24,000 nucleotides of DNA from sequence record PP191103.1. One strand, written 5' to 3'. Of this stretch, positions 7,573 to 17,325 are shown piece by piece. The stretch comes from Salmonella phage PHA46. Numbering within the stretch: position 1 is the stretch's first letter; each line of letters starts with the position of its first letter. The position numbers were made by a program, and so were the translations under genes. Under the pieces are notes generated by a model. It had not been told where the DNA came from and ran no database searches. It saw nothing but the letters and a program-made list of their open reading frames with translations.

Positions 7573-7869
7573 ATGGCTAAGAAAACTGAAAACAAAGTAG
7601 AAATCAAAGACCTAAACGACGAACAACGTAAGCGTCTTGGTGCTGGCCTAAACAATGCTGTAGTCCAACTAACCTATATGGAAGATACTAAAGCTGCTTA
7701 TTCTGATTTCATCGATTCACTAGCTGATGAACTTGGTCTAGATGCATCAACCATCAAACAAGCGGCAACCCGTATGCATAAAGGTGATTTCTTCGATAAA
7801 GTCCGTAAACAAGATGAAATCGAAACTATCCTTCAAATTACTGGTAACCTACCAGAAGATGACGAGTAA
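7573..7869 (+). CDS. dsbA: DsbA-like dsDNA-binding / late transcription protein
   Basis: Small lysine/acid-rich protein with T4 DsbA-like size and pattern (MAKK..., DELGLDASTIKQAATRMHKGDFFDKV...DE...ILQ); GGAG SD. Assigned from weak similarity. Confidence 0.5.
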   Translation: MAKKTENKVEIKDLNDEQRKRLGAGLNNAVVQLTYMEDTKAAYSDFIDSLADELGLDASTIKQAATRMHKGDFFDKVRKQDEIETILQITGNLPEDDE

Positions 7870-7879
7870 TATGTCATAT

Positions 7880-7903
7880 AGCCTCCTAGTATGGAGGCTT
7901 TTT
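7880..7903 (+). terminator. Terminator
   Basis: AGCCTCC-tagta-TGGAGGCTTTTT. Confidence 0.75.
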
Positions 7904-7934
7904 AATTGAAGTATGTTTATTATAAGGAAATAAG

Positions 7935-10900
7935 ATGTATATAGATGGATTTATGGAACGTAAACGAACTGGTGATATTCTACATGTAGCAGAACGTATT
8001 AACGGTCGTCGTGTACTTCGTCAACTAGACCCTGTATATGAATACTATGTTGAATCACCAACGGGAACATTTAAAACCATTCACGGTACAATGGCTGAGA
8101 AATTAACCTTTGCTAACCAACGTGATATGCGTAGTTCCCTTGAACTACATCAAGGTCGTCGAACCTACGAATCTGACTGTAACGTTACCTTTAAAACTCT
8201 TGCACAAGAGTACATGGGTAAAGGTTCACCAGATTTGAATATGGTATTCTTCGATATTGAAACCGACTTCCATAAGAAGCTCGGATATGCACCACCAAGT
8301 AACCCATTTAACCGTGTTACTGCAATTTCCCTTTATCAGAACTGGACAGGTAAAGATTATGTACTAACCTTACCACCTGATGATATGGAATTAGTTGAAG
8401 CACAGGATATCGTTAACCGATTGAATGAAGAAACTAATGATCCTAACAGTGTAGTACTTCTTTACACTGAAGAAACAGAAATGTTCAATGACTTCTTTGA
8501 TTTGATTGATGATGCTGATGTACTTTCTGGCTGGAATAGTGAGTTCTTCGATATTCCATACATGGTTAACCGTACTGCAAAAATCTTCAATGCTGCAACT
8601 ACGGCTCGTTGGTGTTTGTGGAATAAAAAACCTGTATCTCGTGAAGCAGATATGTTTGGTAAAACAATTGTCACTTATGACTTAATCGGTCGTGTTCACC
8701 TAGATTATCTAGCGTTGTATAAGAAACATGCAGGTCAAGTCGAACAATCGTACAAACTAGACTTCATCGCAGAGAAAGTTACAAAAGAAAATAAAGTAGC
8801 GTATGAAGGTTCTCTTGACAAATTGTACAGAGAGGATTATATTACATTCCTACGTTATTCCAAACAGGATAGCATTCTTCTTAAAAAGATTGATGAGAAG
8901 TTAGACTACATCAACCTACACAACCGACTAGCACACAAAGAATGTGTACTAATCAGTACTACAATGGGTTCTGTAGCACTAATTGACACAGCAATCATAA
9001 ACCTTGCACACTCAAGAGGTGAAGTGGTATTTGATAAGAAGCCACAAGAAGATGATGTTACTGAACAAGATGATCGTTATGATTACCTCATTGAAGATGA
9101 GGATGATGGTTCAGATAATGAACCAGTATCGGCAAAAGCTGCTGGTGCATGGGTACAAGATCCAGTACTAGGACTTGTAGACTACTTAGGATGTACTGAC
9201 TTTAACTCACTATATCCAACAGTACTACGTACATTAGGCATGAGTACTGAATGTATTCTTGGACAAATTCGCCAAGATTATACAGATGCACATCTTGCAA
9301 AACGTGTAGAAGAACAACGTATGCGTTCTAAGTCTAAGAAGTTCGAACCTAACTGGACAGAAGCATGGCACGGTCTATTTGCAAGTGTTGAATTCACGAT
9401 GGTTCGTGAGCGTTCAGAGCAAACACTAATTGTTGATTTGGAAGATGGCACTAGTTTCAACGTGACAGGTGCAGAGCTTCATGATATCATTTATGCTGAA
9501 GACAGTACTATTGTACTTTCTGCTAATGGTACGTTGTTCGATAAAACTAAATCTGGGGTCATTCCAGAGATTCTAACTCAATGGTATTCTGAGCGTAAGT
9601 CTCAACAGAAGATGGTAATCGACTTCAAACACATTTATACTGATGGTTGGGAAATGCCAGAGGACGCTATCGATAAGATAGAGGCTGCTATGGCTCGCTA
9701 CAAGCGTTCTGAGACGATGTATAGAACGAACCTACACGAAGACGATCCAGTTTATTTGATTCGTCAGGCGTTGGTACAGAGCGATTATGAGCAGGTTGGA
9801 AAGCTAATCACAGAGAATGGTCTTCTACTAGAAGATGGTCGTATCAAATGTACTAAAGAAGAGAAAAAATATTGTAAAACGCAATCTGCGTTCTGGAAGC
9901 AGAACCAACAGATTCGTAAGATTCTTCTCAACTCTCTTTATGGTGCATTGCTCAACAAAGGTTCTAGATTCTTTGATAAACGTTTAGGTCAATCTGTAAC
10001 CTTAACTGGTCGTAGTATGACTAAACATATGGCATCCCGTATCAACGAAATTTGTACTGGTGAATACAATCACCAAGGCGGCGTTGTAATTTACGGCGAC
10101 ACCGACTCCGTTTACTTTAGTGTAGCTCACTACATGAAAGAACAGGGTCTACCATTTGATTTAACAAAAGAAGAAGTTGTTGATCTATATGTGAAAATTG
10201 GTGATGAAGTTGGTGCATCTTTCCCTTCCTTTATGGATGAATATTTCAATACTGGTATCGAGAAAGGTAAAATCGTAGGTGCAGATTTGGAAATGGTAGG
10301 CTCTCGTGGTCTATTCTTGAAGAAAAAGCGTTATGCGATCCTCAAATATTGGGAAGATGGATTCCGTAAAGACGAAGATGGATCACCGGGCGAAATCAAG
10401 GCTATGGGATTAGAAATCAAACGTTCTGATACACCAAAGTATATCCAAGATTTCCTACAAGAAACTCTTATCGCATTGCTAGTTGGCGAAGGAGAAGAAG
10501 AACTACGTAATAGAGTTCGTGCATTCAAAACTATTTTCCGTGATAAGCCTATTCAGCAGAAAGGGCAACCACGTACAGTTAAAAACTATTCGAATCTAGA
10601 AGAAGAATATAAGAAAACTGGTAAATTATCAGTATCGCATGTTCTAGCTGCGATTCAATGGAACAAACTACGTGATATATATGAAGATCAATCAGTTCCA
10701 GAAGCAACTGACGGTACTAAAGTTATCGTTTGTAAGTTAAAGCCAAACCCAATGGGAATAAAAGCTGTCGGCTACCCAATTGATTGTGCTGAATACTTAC
10801 CAGAATGGTTCTTGGAGCTACCTTTTGATGAAGATGAGATGGAAAAAGCCGTTTTGACTAAGAAACTAGGTAATATTTTCGGTATTCTAAACATGGATAT

Positions 10901-10955
10901 CGCAATCAACGAGAAGAGTACACTAGTAATGGATAGTGGATTCTTCGAATGGTAA
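7935..10955 (+). CDS. 43: DNA polymerase (family B, gp43)
   Basis: Exo I FFDIETDF, LSGWNSEFFDIPYMVNR, motif A TDFNSLYPTVLRTLGMS, motif B KILLNSLYGALLNKGSRFFD, motif C YGDTDSVYF. Confidence 0.97.
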   Translation: MYIDGFMERKRTGDILHVAERINGRRVLRQLDPVYEYYVESPTGTFKTIHGTMAEKLTFANQRDMRSSLELHQGRRTYESDCNVTFKTLAQEYMGKGSPDLNMVFFDIETDFHKKLGYAPPSNPFNRVTAISLYQNWTGKDYVLTLPPDDMELVEAQDIVNRLNEETNDPNSVVLLYTEETEMFNDFFDLIDDADVLSGWNSEFFDIPYMVNRTAKIFNAATTARWCLWNKKPVSREADMFGKTIVTYDLIGRVHLDYLALYKKHAGQVEQSYKLDFIAEKVTKENKVAYEGSLDKLYREDYITFLRYSKQDSILLKKIDEKLDYINLHNRLAHKECVLISTTMGSVALIDTAIINLAHSRGEVVFDKKPQEDDVTEQDDRYDYLIEDEDDGSDNEPVSAKAAGAWVQDPVLGLVDYLGCTDFNSLYPTVLRTLGMSTECILGQIRQDYTDAHLAKRVEEQRMRSKSKKFEPNWTEAWHGLFASVEFTMVRERSEQTLIVDLEDGTSFNVTGAELHDIIYAEDSTIVLSANGTLFDKTKSGVIPEILTQWYSERKSQQKMVIDFKHIYTDGWEMPEDAIDKIEAAMARYKRSETMYRTNLHEDDPVYLIRQALVQSDYEQVGKLITENGLLLEDGRIKCTKEEKKYCKTQSAFWKQNQQIRKILLNSLYGALLNKGSRFFDKRLGQSVTLTGRSMTKHMASRINEICTGEYNHQGGVVIYGDTDSVYFSVAHYMKEQGLPFDLTKEEVVDLYVKIGDEVGASFPSFMDEYFNTGIEKGKIVGADLEMVGSRGLFLKKKRYAILKYWEDGFRKDEDGSPGEIKAMGLEIKRSDTPKYIQDFLQETLIALLVGEGEEELRNRVRAFKTIFRDKPIQQKGQPRTVKNYSNLEEEYKKTGKLSVSHVLAAIQWNKLRDIYEDQSVPEATDGTKVIVCKLKPNPMGIKAVGYPIDCAEYLPEWFLELPFDEDEMEKAVLTKKLGNIFGILNMDIAINEKSTLVMDSGFFEW

Positions 10956-10966
10956 TAGGAACAATA

Positions 10967-11539
10967 ATGTCAGGAATTTTTCAACGCATTGGGGAGGCAA
11001 TTGCCTCCCAAGGTAAAATCACACTAGTTGCAGCACTAAATGATGAAGAAGCAAACATTCTCATGGGTGCTGGGTTCAAAAAAGCTGGTACAATGGATCT
11101 AAATGGTTCTTTAGTTGACCTTTACGAAGTAAAAGTACAACAAATAATCAACACTACTCAACCATATCAAATTGCACGTGATATTTTTGATAAGCCTCGG
11201 AAATATGAACAACAATGGCCTGAAAACTATCGCATGTACTCTATCGGCACTGGTACTGGTCAAGCTGCTCATTTAAATTTCAAAGGAAACACCACTTCTT
11301 TGATGGATGCTGCATATGATCCACTAAGTATTTTAGAAGATTATTTCTTCCCAAGAAAAGAGGAAGAAACTCATAGAGAATTCAAAATTGAAGTTGATGA
11401 TATGGATGAAGAATCCAAAAATGATTTCATTCAAAAAGTTAAAGATGAATTCCATAAATCAGGTCGCACATATTGCGATGATAGCTGGACTTCTTATAAT
11501 GTAAATTACAGTGGCAACACTGACCACCGTAACTGGTAA
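10967..11539 (+). CDS. Unknown 190-aa protein carrying a portal-derived segment
   Basis: AGGA precedes the ATG at 10967. Contains TSLMDAAYDPLSILEDYFFP, 19/20 identical to portal residues in this window. Confidence 0.8.
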   Translation: MSGIFQRIGEAIASQGKITLVAALNDEEANILMGAGFKKAGTMDLNGSLVDLYEVKVQQIINTTQPYQIARDIFDKPRKYEQQWPENYRMYSIGTGTGQAAHLNFKGNTTSLMDAAYDPLSILEDYFFPRKEEETHREFKIEVDDMDEESKNDFIQKVKDEFHKSGRTYCDDSWTSYNVNYSGNTDHRNW

Positions 11540-11555
11540 TAAAAATAAAAAAAAG

Positions 11556-11586
11556 TTGGGACGTACCGAGATTTATGTGATATAAT
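11556..11586 (+). promoter_or_regulatory. Early/middle-type promoter upstream of gp45
   Basis: TTGGGACG, 17-nt spacer, ATGTGATATAATA. Confidence 0.83.
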
Positions 11587-11645
11587 AGGTACGTCACAAC
11601 GTTAAAAATAAGAAACGTTAACAAAATGGAATTGGAGATTTAAAA

Positions 11646-12377
11646 ATGGATTTACGCAACGTTCTACGCGACCTAGTTAGCACTACTACTGGTATGGATT
11701 TCTCTTGTATCGCAGTTTCACGAGAAGACCGTGGAGAAGGTAATCGTGTTTACATGGAAGCATATACAGATGATAAGACTCTAATCATGAGAGCCGAAAC
11801 TAAAGAAGACGTACCAGAAGTTGAAGGTCGTTTTGGTCTAGGTAACCTCGGAATGCTTCAAGGTCTTATGAATCTAAAAACCTACAACTCCGAATCTGCT
11901 AAGATCGCAGTCAATGCAGCAAACGGTGTTGTTAAAAGTCTAGCATTTACATCTGATGATGCAAGTACTAACTTTATTGTTCAATCGGAAAAATTTATTC
12001 CTAACCAACCACGCTTTACTCCACAACCATATGATGTACAGGTTACACCTAGTGCTGCAAAGGTTGGCGAACTAAAGTCTTTCTCTAGTGTATTCAAATC
12101 TTTTTCTGCTTTAGTTACTCCTTATACTGAAGGTGATACACTATACTTCCACGTTGGTGAGAAGAATAAATCAAACCACTCCGGTGCATTAGCTTTCACC
12201 AAAACTGATGGTGAACTAAAACTAGGATATGGTTATGCGATTGATCGTCTTCTTCAAGCACTAAATCGTGTGTCTAATGCTGAAGAAATTACTCTTGGTA
12301 TTACAAAAACTGGTATGCTAAACGTTACTGTTGACACTGGCATTACTGTGTTTAAATTCTTCATCCAAGGTAACTAA
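11646..12377 (+). CDS. 45: Sliding clamp gp45
   Basis: Clamp-like length and pattern (MDLRNVLRDLVSTTTGMDF..., GMLQGLMNL, QPRFTPQPYDVQVTPSAAKVGELKSFSSVFKSF, GITVFKFFIQGN); located downstream of polymerase. Confidence 0.75.
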   Translation: MDLRNVLRDLVSTTTGMDFSCIAVSREDRGEGNRVYMEAYTDDKTLIMRAETKEDVPEVEGRFGLGNLGMLQGLMNLKTYNSESAKIAVNAANGVVKSLAFTSDDASTNFIVQSEKFIPNQPRFTPQPYDVQVTPSAAKVGELKSFSSVFKSFSALVTPYTEGDTLYFHVGEKNKSNHSGALAFTKTDGELKLGYGYAIDRLLQALNRVSNAEEITLGITKTGMLNVTVDTGITVFKFFIQGN

Positions 12378-12383
12378 TAAATC

Positions 12384-12408
12384 AAGGGGAACATAGTTCC
12401 CCTATTTT
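12384..12408 (+). terminator. Terminator after gp45
   Basis: AGGGGAAC-ata-GTTCCCCT followed by ATTTT. Confidence 0.7.
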
Positions 12409-12425
12409 CGATGGAGATGTAACAA

Positions 12426-13049
12426 ATGAGTACTCCACGCTTTATTGCTGATACCCACTTGGGTCACCGCAATATCTATAAGTACAGAAAAGTGTTCGAT
12501 AGTACTAAACATAATGACTTGTACTTTATTCGTATTCTGCAAGAAACTTGCAAAAAAAGAGATACTATGTTTTTCTTGGGTGATATTTGTTTTGACAAAC
12601 AATATCTAGAAATTATAAAAGAACTTCCGGGACAAAAAATTCTTATTCCGGGAAATCACTGTACTGAATATATTCCAATGAAAGAACTAGTAGACGTTTA
12701 TGATGAAGTACATGCACTACTAAAATATAAAGAATTCTGGCTTTCTCATGCACCAATTGCTGATGTTGAATTACGTGGTAAAAGAAATATTCATGGACAT
12801 GTTCATGCACAGTCGGTTCCTGATATTAAATATCTAAACACTTCTGTTGATAGTGAATTTATGAGATTTCTACCTAGAACACTTCATGAAGTTCGTCAAG
12901 CATTTGAAACAATGGAACAACTCGGTTCACATTATGGTGGATTAGAAGACCGTGATGATGCATTAGAAGTTATCATGTCAAATCCTATTTCAAAAGCAGC
13001 TTACGAGTGGTCTAAGAAAGAAGCAGAAAAGATTATGGTTTTTCAATAA
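12426..13049 (+). CDS. Calcineurin-like metallophosphoesterase
   Basis: FIADTHLGHRNI, FFLGDICFD, LIPGNHC, LSHAPI, NIHGHVHAQ: complete metallophosphoesterase motif set. Confidence 0.92.
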   Translation: MSTPRFIADTHLGHRNIYKYRKVFDSTKHNDLYFIRILQETCKKRDTMFFLGDICFDKQYLEIIKELPGQKILIPGNHCTEYIPMKELVDVYDEVHALLKYKEFWLSHAPIADVELRGKRNIHGHVHAQSVPDIKYLNTSVDSEFMRFLPRTLHEVRQAFETMEQLGSHYGGLEDRDDALEVIMSNPISKAAYEWSKKEAEKIMVFQ

Positions 13050-13059
13050 GGATATTAAA

Positions 13060-13263
13060 ATGCCATTATATACATACAAATGTCAAAATGAAGAATGTGA
13101 TCATTCTGAAGATAAAATTGTCAAAATTTCAAATCGTGACGATGAGCGGAAATGTCCATCATGCGAAGATGGATTACTAAAGCGTGAAGAATTCACTGCT
13201 GGTGATAAAGGTGCATCATTCCGTTTCAAAGGAAACTGGTTCAATACTACAGGGAGATACTAA
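13060..13263 (+). CDS. FmdB-type zinc ribbon protein
   Basis: MPLYTYKCQNEECDHSED...KCPSC...FRFKGNWFNTTGRY. Confidence 0.85.
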   Translation: MPLYTYKCQNEECDHSEDKIVKISNRDDERKCPSCEDGLLKREEFTAGDKGASFRFKGNWFNTTGRY

Positions 13264-13553
13264 TGAGTACTTTAAAAATGATTAATGACTATGTTCTAGT
13301 GGAACTAGTTGAAAACCACACCACCAGTACTGGTGGTATTATTCTAACCAACGTTGAGCCACCTTGCATTGGTCGTGTTGTTTCAGTTGGCCCCGGACGT
13401 ATCCTAAATAACGGTGAAAGGGCTGAACACAACATTGAAGTTGGCGAAGAAATTGTATTTGGTAAATCTTCATTGAATCAGCCTCTAGAACACGAAAAAG
13501 TAACATATTATGTTATGAAAATTGATGAGGTATTTGGTAAAAGAAATGGCTAA
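13263..13553 (+). CDS. GroES-like co-chaperonin (functional analogue of T4 gp31)
   Basis: INDYVLVELVENHTTSTGGIILT...GRVVSVGPGR...VGEEIVFGKSS: mobile-loop and beta-barrel pattern; TAATG overlap with the preceding gene. Confidence 0.85.
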   Translation: MSTLKMINDYVLVELVENHTTSTGGIILTNVEPPCIGRVVSVGPGRILNNGERAEHNIEVGEEIVFGKSSLNQPLEHEKVTYYVMKIDEVFGKRNG

Positions 13554-14247
13554 GAAGTTACCATTCTGGATGATCCCCGCTCATTGGGGATTATCTGGTA
13601 AAGCAAAAGAAATTGCTAAGATTAACTACTTTTATGAAGGGTATGAAGCTGATGTACGATGTGCACCACTTGTGTACTTAACTGAGTATGAAGTTGATAA
13701 AGCAATTGTTGATATTGAAAAAAAATACAACAAACTTTCTGAATTAGAATATGATTTGAAGATGCTCGACATTGAGTTGAAGCATAAACGTATTACTGAA
13801 CATGAACGTGATGAACAAGCACTCGACAAGCGTTTCCAACATAATGCAATTCGCGAAAAGGAGTATGATGCTGCTAAAGTTGAATTAATGGAAGACGGTG
13901 ATGAGAAGCGTTTAGCTGCAATTGAATACGCATTTAAATATCATGAGATTACTGAACGAGAGTACAGTAAAGAACTCTTTACCATGCGTAAAGAACCTTG
14001 GATGGATTTTGATGTAGAATTCAATCAAGAAACTAATAAGGTTGAATTCATATTTGATTACAATGAATACTTTTGGAAGAAATTAAAGGCTGAAGGTCAT
14101 CCGGGTAATGATGAATATGAAATCATTGAGAACTTTATTAAAGATTGGGGAAGGAAGTTAGACGATGAAGAGTACACTGATGATGAAGATGTGAACTTAA
14201 CACGTATGACTGATGAATTACCTGATAATATCAAATTTTACAAATAA
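13546..14247 (+). CDS. Conserved-type phage hypothetical protein, charged/coiled
   Basis: Likely start MAKKLPFWMIPAHWGLSGKAKEIAKINYFYEGYEAD, overlapping the end of the GroES-like gene. Confidence 0.7.
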   Translation: MAKKLPFWMIPAHWGLSGKAKEIAKINYFYEGYEADVRCAPLVYLTEYEVDKAIVDIEKKYNKLSELEYDLKMLDIELKHKRITEHERDEQALDKRFQHNAIREKEYDAAKVELMEDGDEKRLAAIEYAFKYHEITEREYSKELFTMRKEPWMDFDVEFNQETNKVEFIFDYNEYFWKKLKAEGHPGNDEYEIIENFIKDWGRKLDDEEYTDDEDVNLTRMTDELPDNIKFYK

Positions 14248-14280
14248 AAAAAAGGAGAACGAAAGTTCTCCTTTTTTATT
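14246..14280. terminator. Bidirectional terminator between convergent genes
   Basis: AAAAAAAGGAGAAC-GAAA-GTTCTCCTTTTTT: T tracts on both strands, GNRA loop on the plus strand. Confidence 0.88.
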
Positions 14281-14289
14281 AAGTTTTTA

Positions 14290-14943
14290 TTAACCAAGTA
14301 GTGCTGGGATAGATTTGTAAATCTTGATAGCAAAGTTACCAGCGGCAGCAGCAGCAGAACCTTTAAGAATTACTTCTTTACCAGTTTTATCCATTAGTGG
14401 AACACCAGCTAGATCATCTAGAAGTAGACGACCTTCGTCAATTGCAGTAGATGGAACACCTTGGAAAGAAATTGAATCACGGTCAAACACGTCTGCACGT
14501 TCAACTAGGAAAGTGATAACATCAGCAGAAGCGATGTTAGCAGCAGCATCAACACCATCAACTACGTTTTTGAGACCATTAGCAGCAACGCCTTTAGCGA
14601 TATCAGAAGTAGCGATGATAACTGCACGTTGCTGAACAACATCAACGATGCGTTTAACGTTAGTTTGAGCAGCATATGCTTCAGTGTAGTCTTCTTCAAC
14701 GGTTGCTTCAACGAATTCAGAGCCGTCAACACGGACAACACCTTTGTCATTTAGGAACTCAACGATTTCGTCTTTGTTCTGGGTGTTTAGAAAATGTTGT
14801 AGACCAACATAAGAACATACTGCACCAGTTACTACTAGAGCAATGTCACCAGTAGTATCGATTGCAATAGTTGCTAGTGCGTTTTTACCTTGGAAATAAC
14901 CAAGTACGCTATCTTGGGAGAAACCATTAATACGTTCTAACAT
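14290..14943 (-). CDS. Unknown protein A (217 aa), likely late/virion, paralogue of the neighbouring ORF
   Basis: Start MLERINGFSQ with minus-strand SD AGGAG; Ala/Val-rich, ends NFAIKIYKSIPALLG. Confidence 0.72.
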   Translation of the reverse strand: MLERINGFSQDSVLGYFQGKNALATIAIDTTGDIALVVTGAVCSYVGLQHFLNTQNKDEIVEFLNDKGVVRVDGSEFVEATVEEDYTEAYAAQTNVKRIVDVVQQRAVIIATSDIAKGVAANGLKNVVDGVDAAANIASADVITFLVERADVFDRDSISFQGVPSTAIDEGRLLLDDLAGVPLMDKTGKEVILKGSAAAAAGNFAIKIYKSIPALLG

Positions 14944-14956
14944 ATCATTCTCCTTA

Positions 14957-15520
14957 TTATAGTAGTACTGGAAGTGCAGCAAATACTTTAATAGCTACTG
15001 GTAGTGCATCAGCAGGAGTACCATCTTTCTTACGGAAAGCACCAGCTTGACCTAGAGCAGCAGATAGTTCAGCACATGGCTCAACAGGAACTGGATAGTT
15101 AGAACCCGGACGAACTGCTTGTGCAGTTAGAACATCTTGACGCTCGATCATGAAAGTAATACCGAAAGAATCAGCAGTTAGGGTTCCAGATTTACCGAAA
15201 GCAATTACGTTACCTTCAATTTTCTCGAAGTCAGCAGCGGTAGGATCAACACTTCCTTTAGCTAGCATAGAAGTAGCAACTTCAACAGAACGTTGTGCTA
15301 GAATTTGTGCAATCATAAATTGGTTGTACTCAGCAGCAGATAGTGCAGTTTGTGCAGCATTATCACCAATTTCAGTACCATCAGGTAGTACAGCAGTTTC
15401 GCCAATTTCTACATCAGCAGGTAGAGAAACAACAACAGTAACGAAACCGTTATTACCACCCCAATATTCGCGACTGTTAGCTGACATGCCATAGTTGCGA
15501 TCAAAAGAATTAAGACTCAT
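14957..15520 (-). CDS. Unknown protein B (187 aa), likely late/virion, paralogue of protein A
   Basis: Start MSLNSFDRNYG at 15520 with SD AAGGAG; ends LPVAIKVFAALPVLL. Confidence 0.72.
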   Translation of the reverse strand: MSLNSFDRNYGMSANSREYWGGNNGFVTVVVSLPADVEIGETAVLPDGTEIGDNAAQTALSAAEYNQFMIAQILAQRSVEVATSMLAKGSVDPTAADFEKIEGNVIAFGKSGTLTADSFGITFMIERQDVLTAQAVRPGSNYPVPVEPCAELSAALGQAGAFRKKDGTPADALPVAIKVFAALPVLL

Positions 15521-15567
15521 AAAAATCTCCTTGTCTAATTTGTTGCAGGATTGTCCCTGCTTAAAGT

Positions 15568-15575
15568 TATTTATC
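15568..15575 (-). promoter_or_regulatory. Late promoter GATAAATA for the minus-strand pair
   Basis: Reverse complement of TATTTATC; 55 nt upstream of the minus-strand start at 15520. Confidence 0.65.
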
Positions 15576-15631
15576 AATTCTGAACGTTCATCTTTCGATA
15601 AATGGATAAAATTGATTTGTTTCTGTGATAT

Positions 15632-15639
15632 TATTTATC
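15632..15639 (-). promoter_or_regulatory. Second minus-strand GATAAATA
   Basis: TATTTATC at 15632-15639, back-to-back with the rightward promoter. Confidence 0.4.
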
Positions 15640-15644
15640 AAATC

Positions 15645-15674
15645 TTGGGACAAACCAGAAAAATGTGCTATAAT
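15645..15674 (+). promoter_or_regulatory. Early/middle-type promoter upstream of the RNase H/FEN gene
   Basis: TTGGGACAAACC...AAATGTGCTATAATA; GGGACA to TATAAT spacer 16. Confidence 0.8.
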
Positions 15675-15687
15675 AGAGGGGAAATAA

Positions 15688-16694
<1,007 letters not shown>

Positions 16695-16695
<1 letters not shown>

Positions 16696-17204
16696 TGGCA
16701 GTACTAAACAAATTAACAGATTATTCTTTTATCTTAGAAACTGATGCAGGTGAACAACTAGGTATTATCGTTGATTACAGTGCAGGAACAACCGAACGTA
16801 CTGGACTTGAGCTTTTTAATAATGATGGGGTATATCCTTTTAATTCTTTAAATGAACTTGAAGAAATGATTGGTGAACCATTCAAAGTTAAAGAGAAAGA
16901 ACAGACTGACATTACTACCAGTACTAAAGAAATTGATGGTTATCCTGTAAACGACACTGATACTATTATTGGTGTTGCAGTTAACGAAGAAACAGGTTAT
17001 CCAGTGTTTAGAAAAAGTGAACGTTCTAAGAAACTATTCTATCCGGGCTGGTGGGTTGTACAAACTGCTGAAGGTGATCATCTAGCACGTTTAACTCTAA
17101 GTGTTGACATTTACAATGAGCGTAAAGATACTGGCAAGATTTTCGGGCCATTTAAAACGTATATGGAATGTAACTATCAGTTAAAATCTCTATCACAAAA
17201 ATAA
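16695..17204 (+). CDS. Hypothetical protein, 169 aa
   Basis: TAATG overlap with the preceding gene; no recognised motif. Confidence 0.65.
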
Positions 17205-17224
17205 GGATGCCTCGGCATCCTTAT
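17203..17224 (+). terminator. Terminator hairpin
   Basis: AAGGATGCC-tc-GGCATCCTT. Confidence 0.7.
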
Positions 17225-17225
17225 T

Positions 17226-17263
17226 TAGTTTCACATGTAATAGTTGCATTTGAAACTATTTTT
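17226..17263 (+). terminator. Second, long-loop terminator-like inverted repeat
   Basis: TAGTTTCA ... TGAAACTA followed by TTTTT. Confidence 0.5.
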
Positions 17264-17283
17264 AAGTACAAAGAATAATCTTT

Positions 17284-17291
17284 TATAAATA
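17284..17291 (+). promoter_or_regulatory. Late promoter TATAAATA upstream of terL
   Basis: Exact TATAAATA 54 nt before the ATG at 17338. Confidence 0.78.
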
Positions 17292-17325
17292 AAAGTAAGC
17301 TAAAAGTTAAAGATTTTTATTTTAA

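Noticed and set aside
8462-10528. Minus-strand ORFs antisense to gp43
   Set aside because: Antisense shadows in a gene with all polymerase motifs intact.
14324-15494. Plus-strand ORFs 14324..14635, 14562..14750(-) and 15150..15494
   Set aside because: Overlap the two minus-strand genes that have proper SDs, late promoters and mutually similar products.
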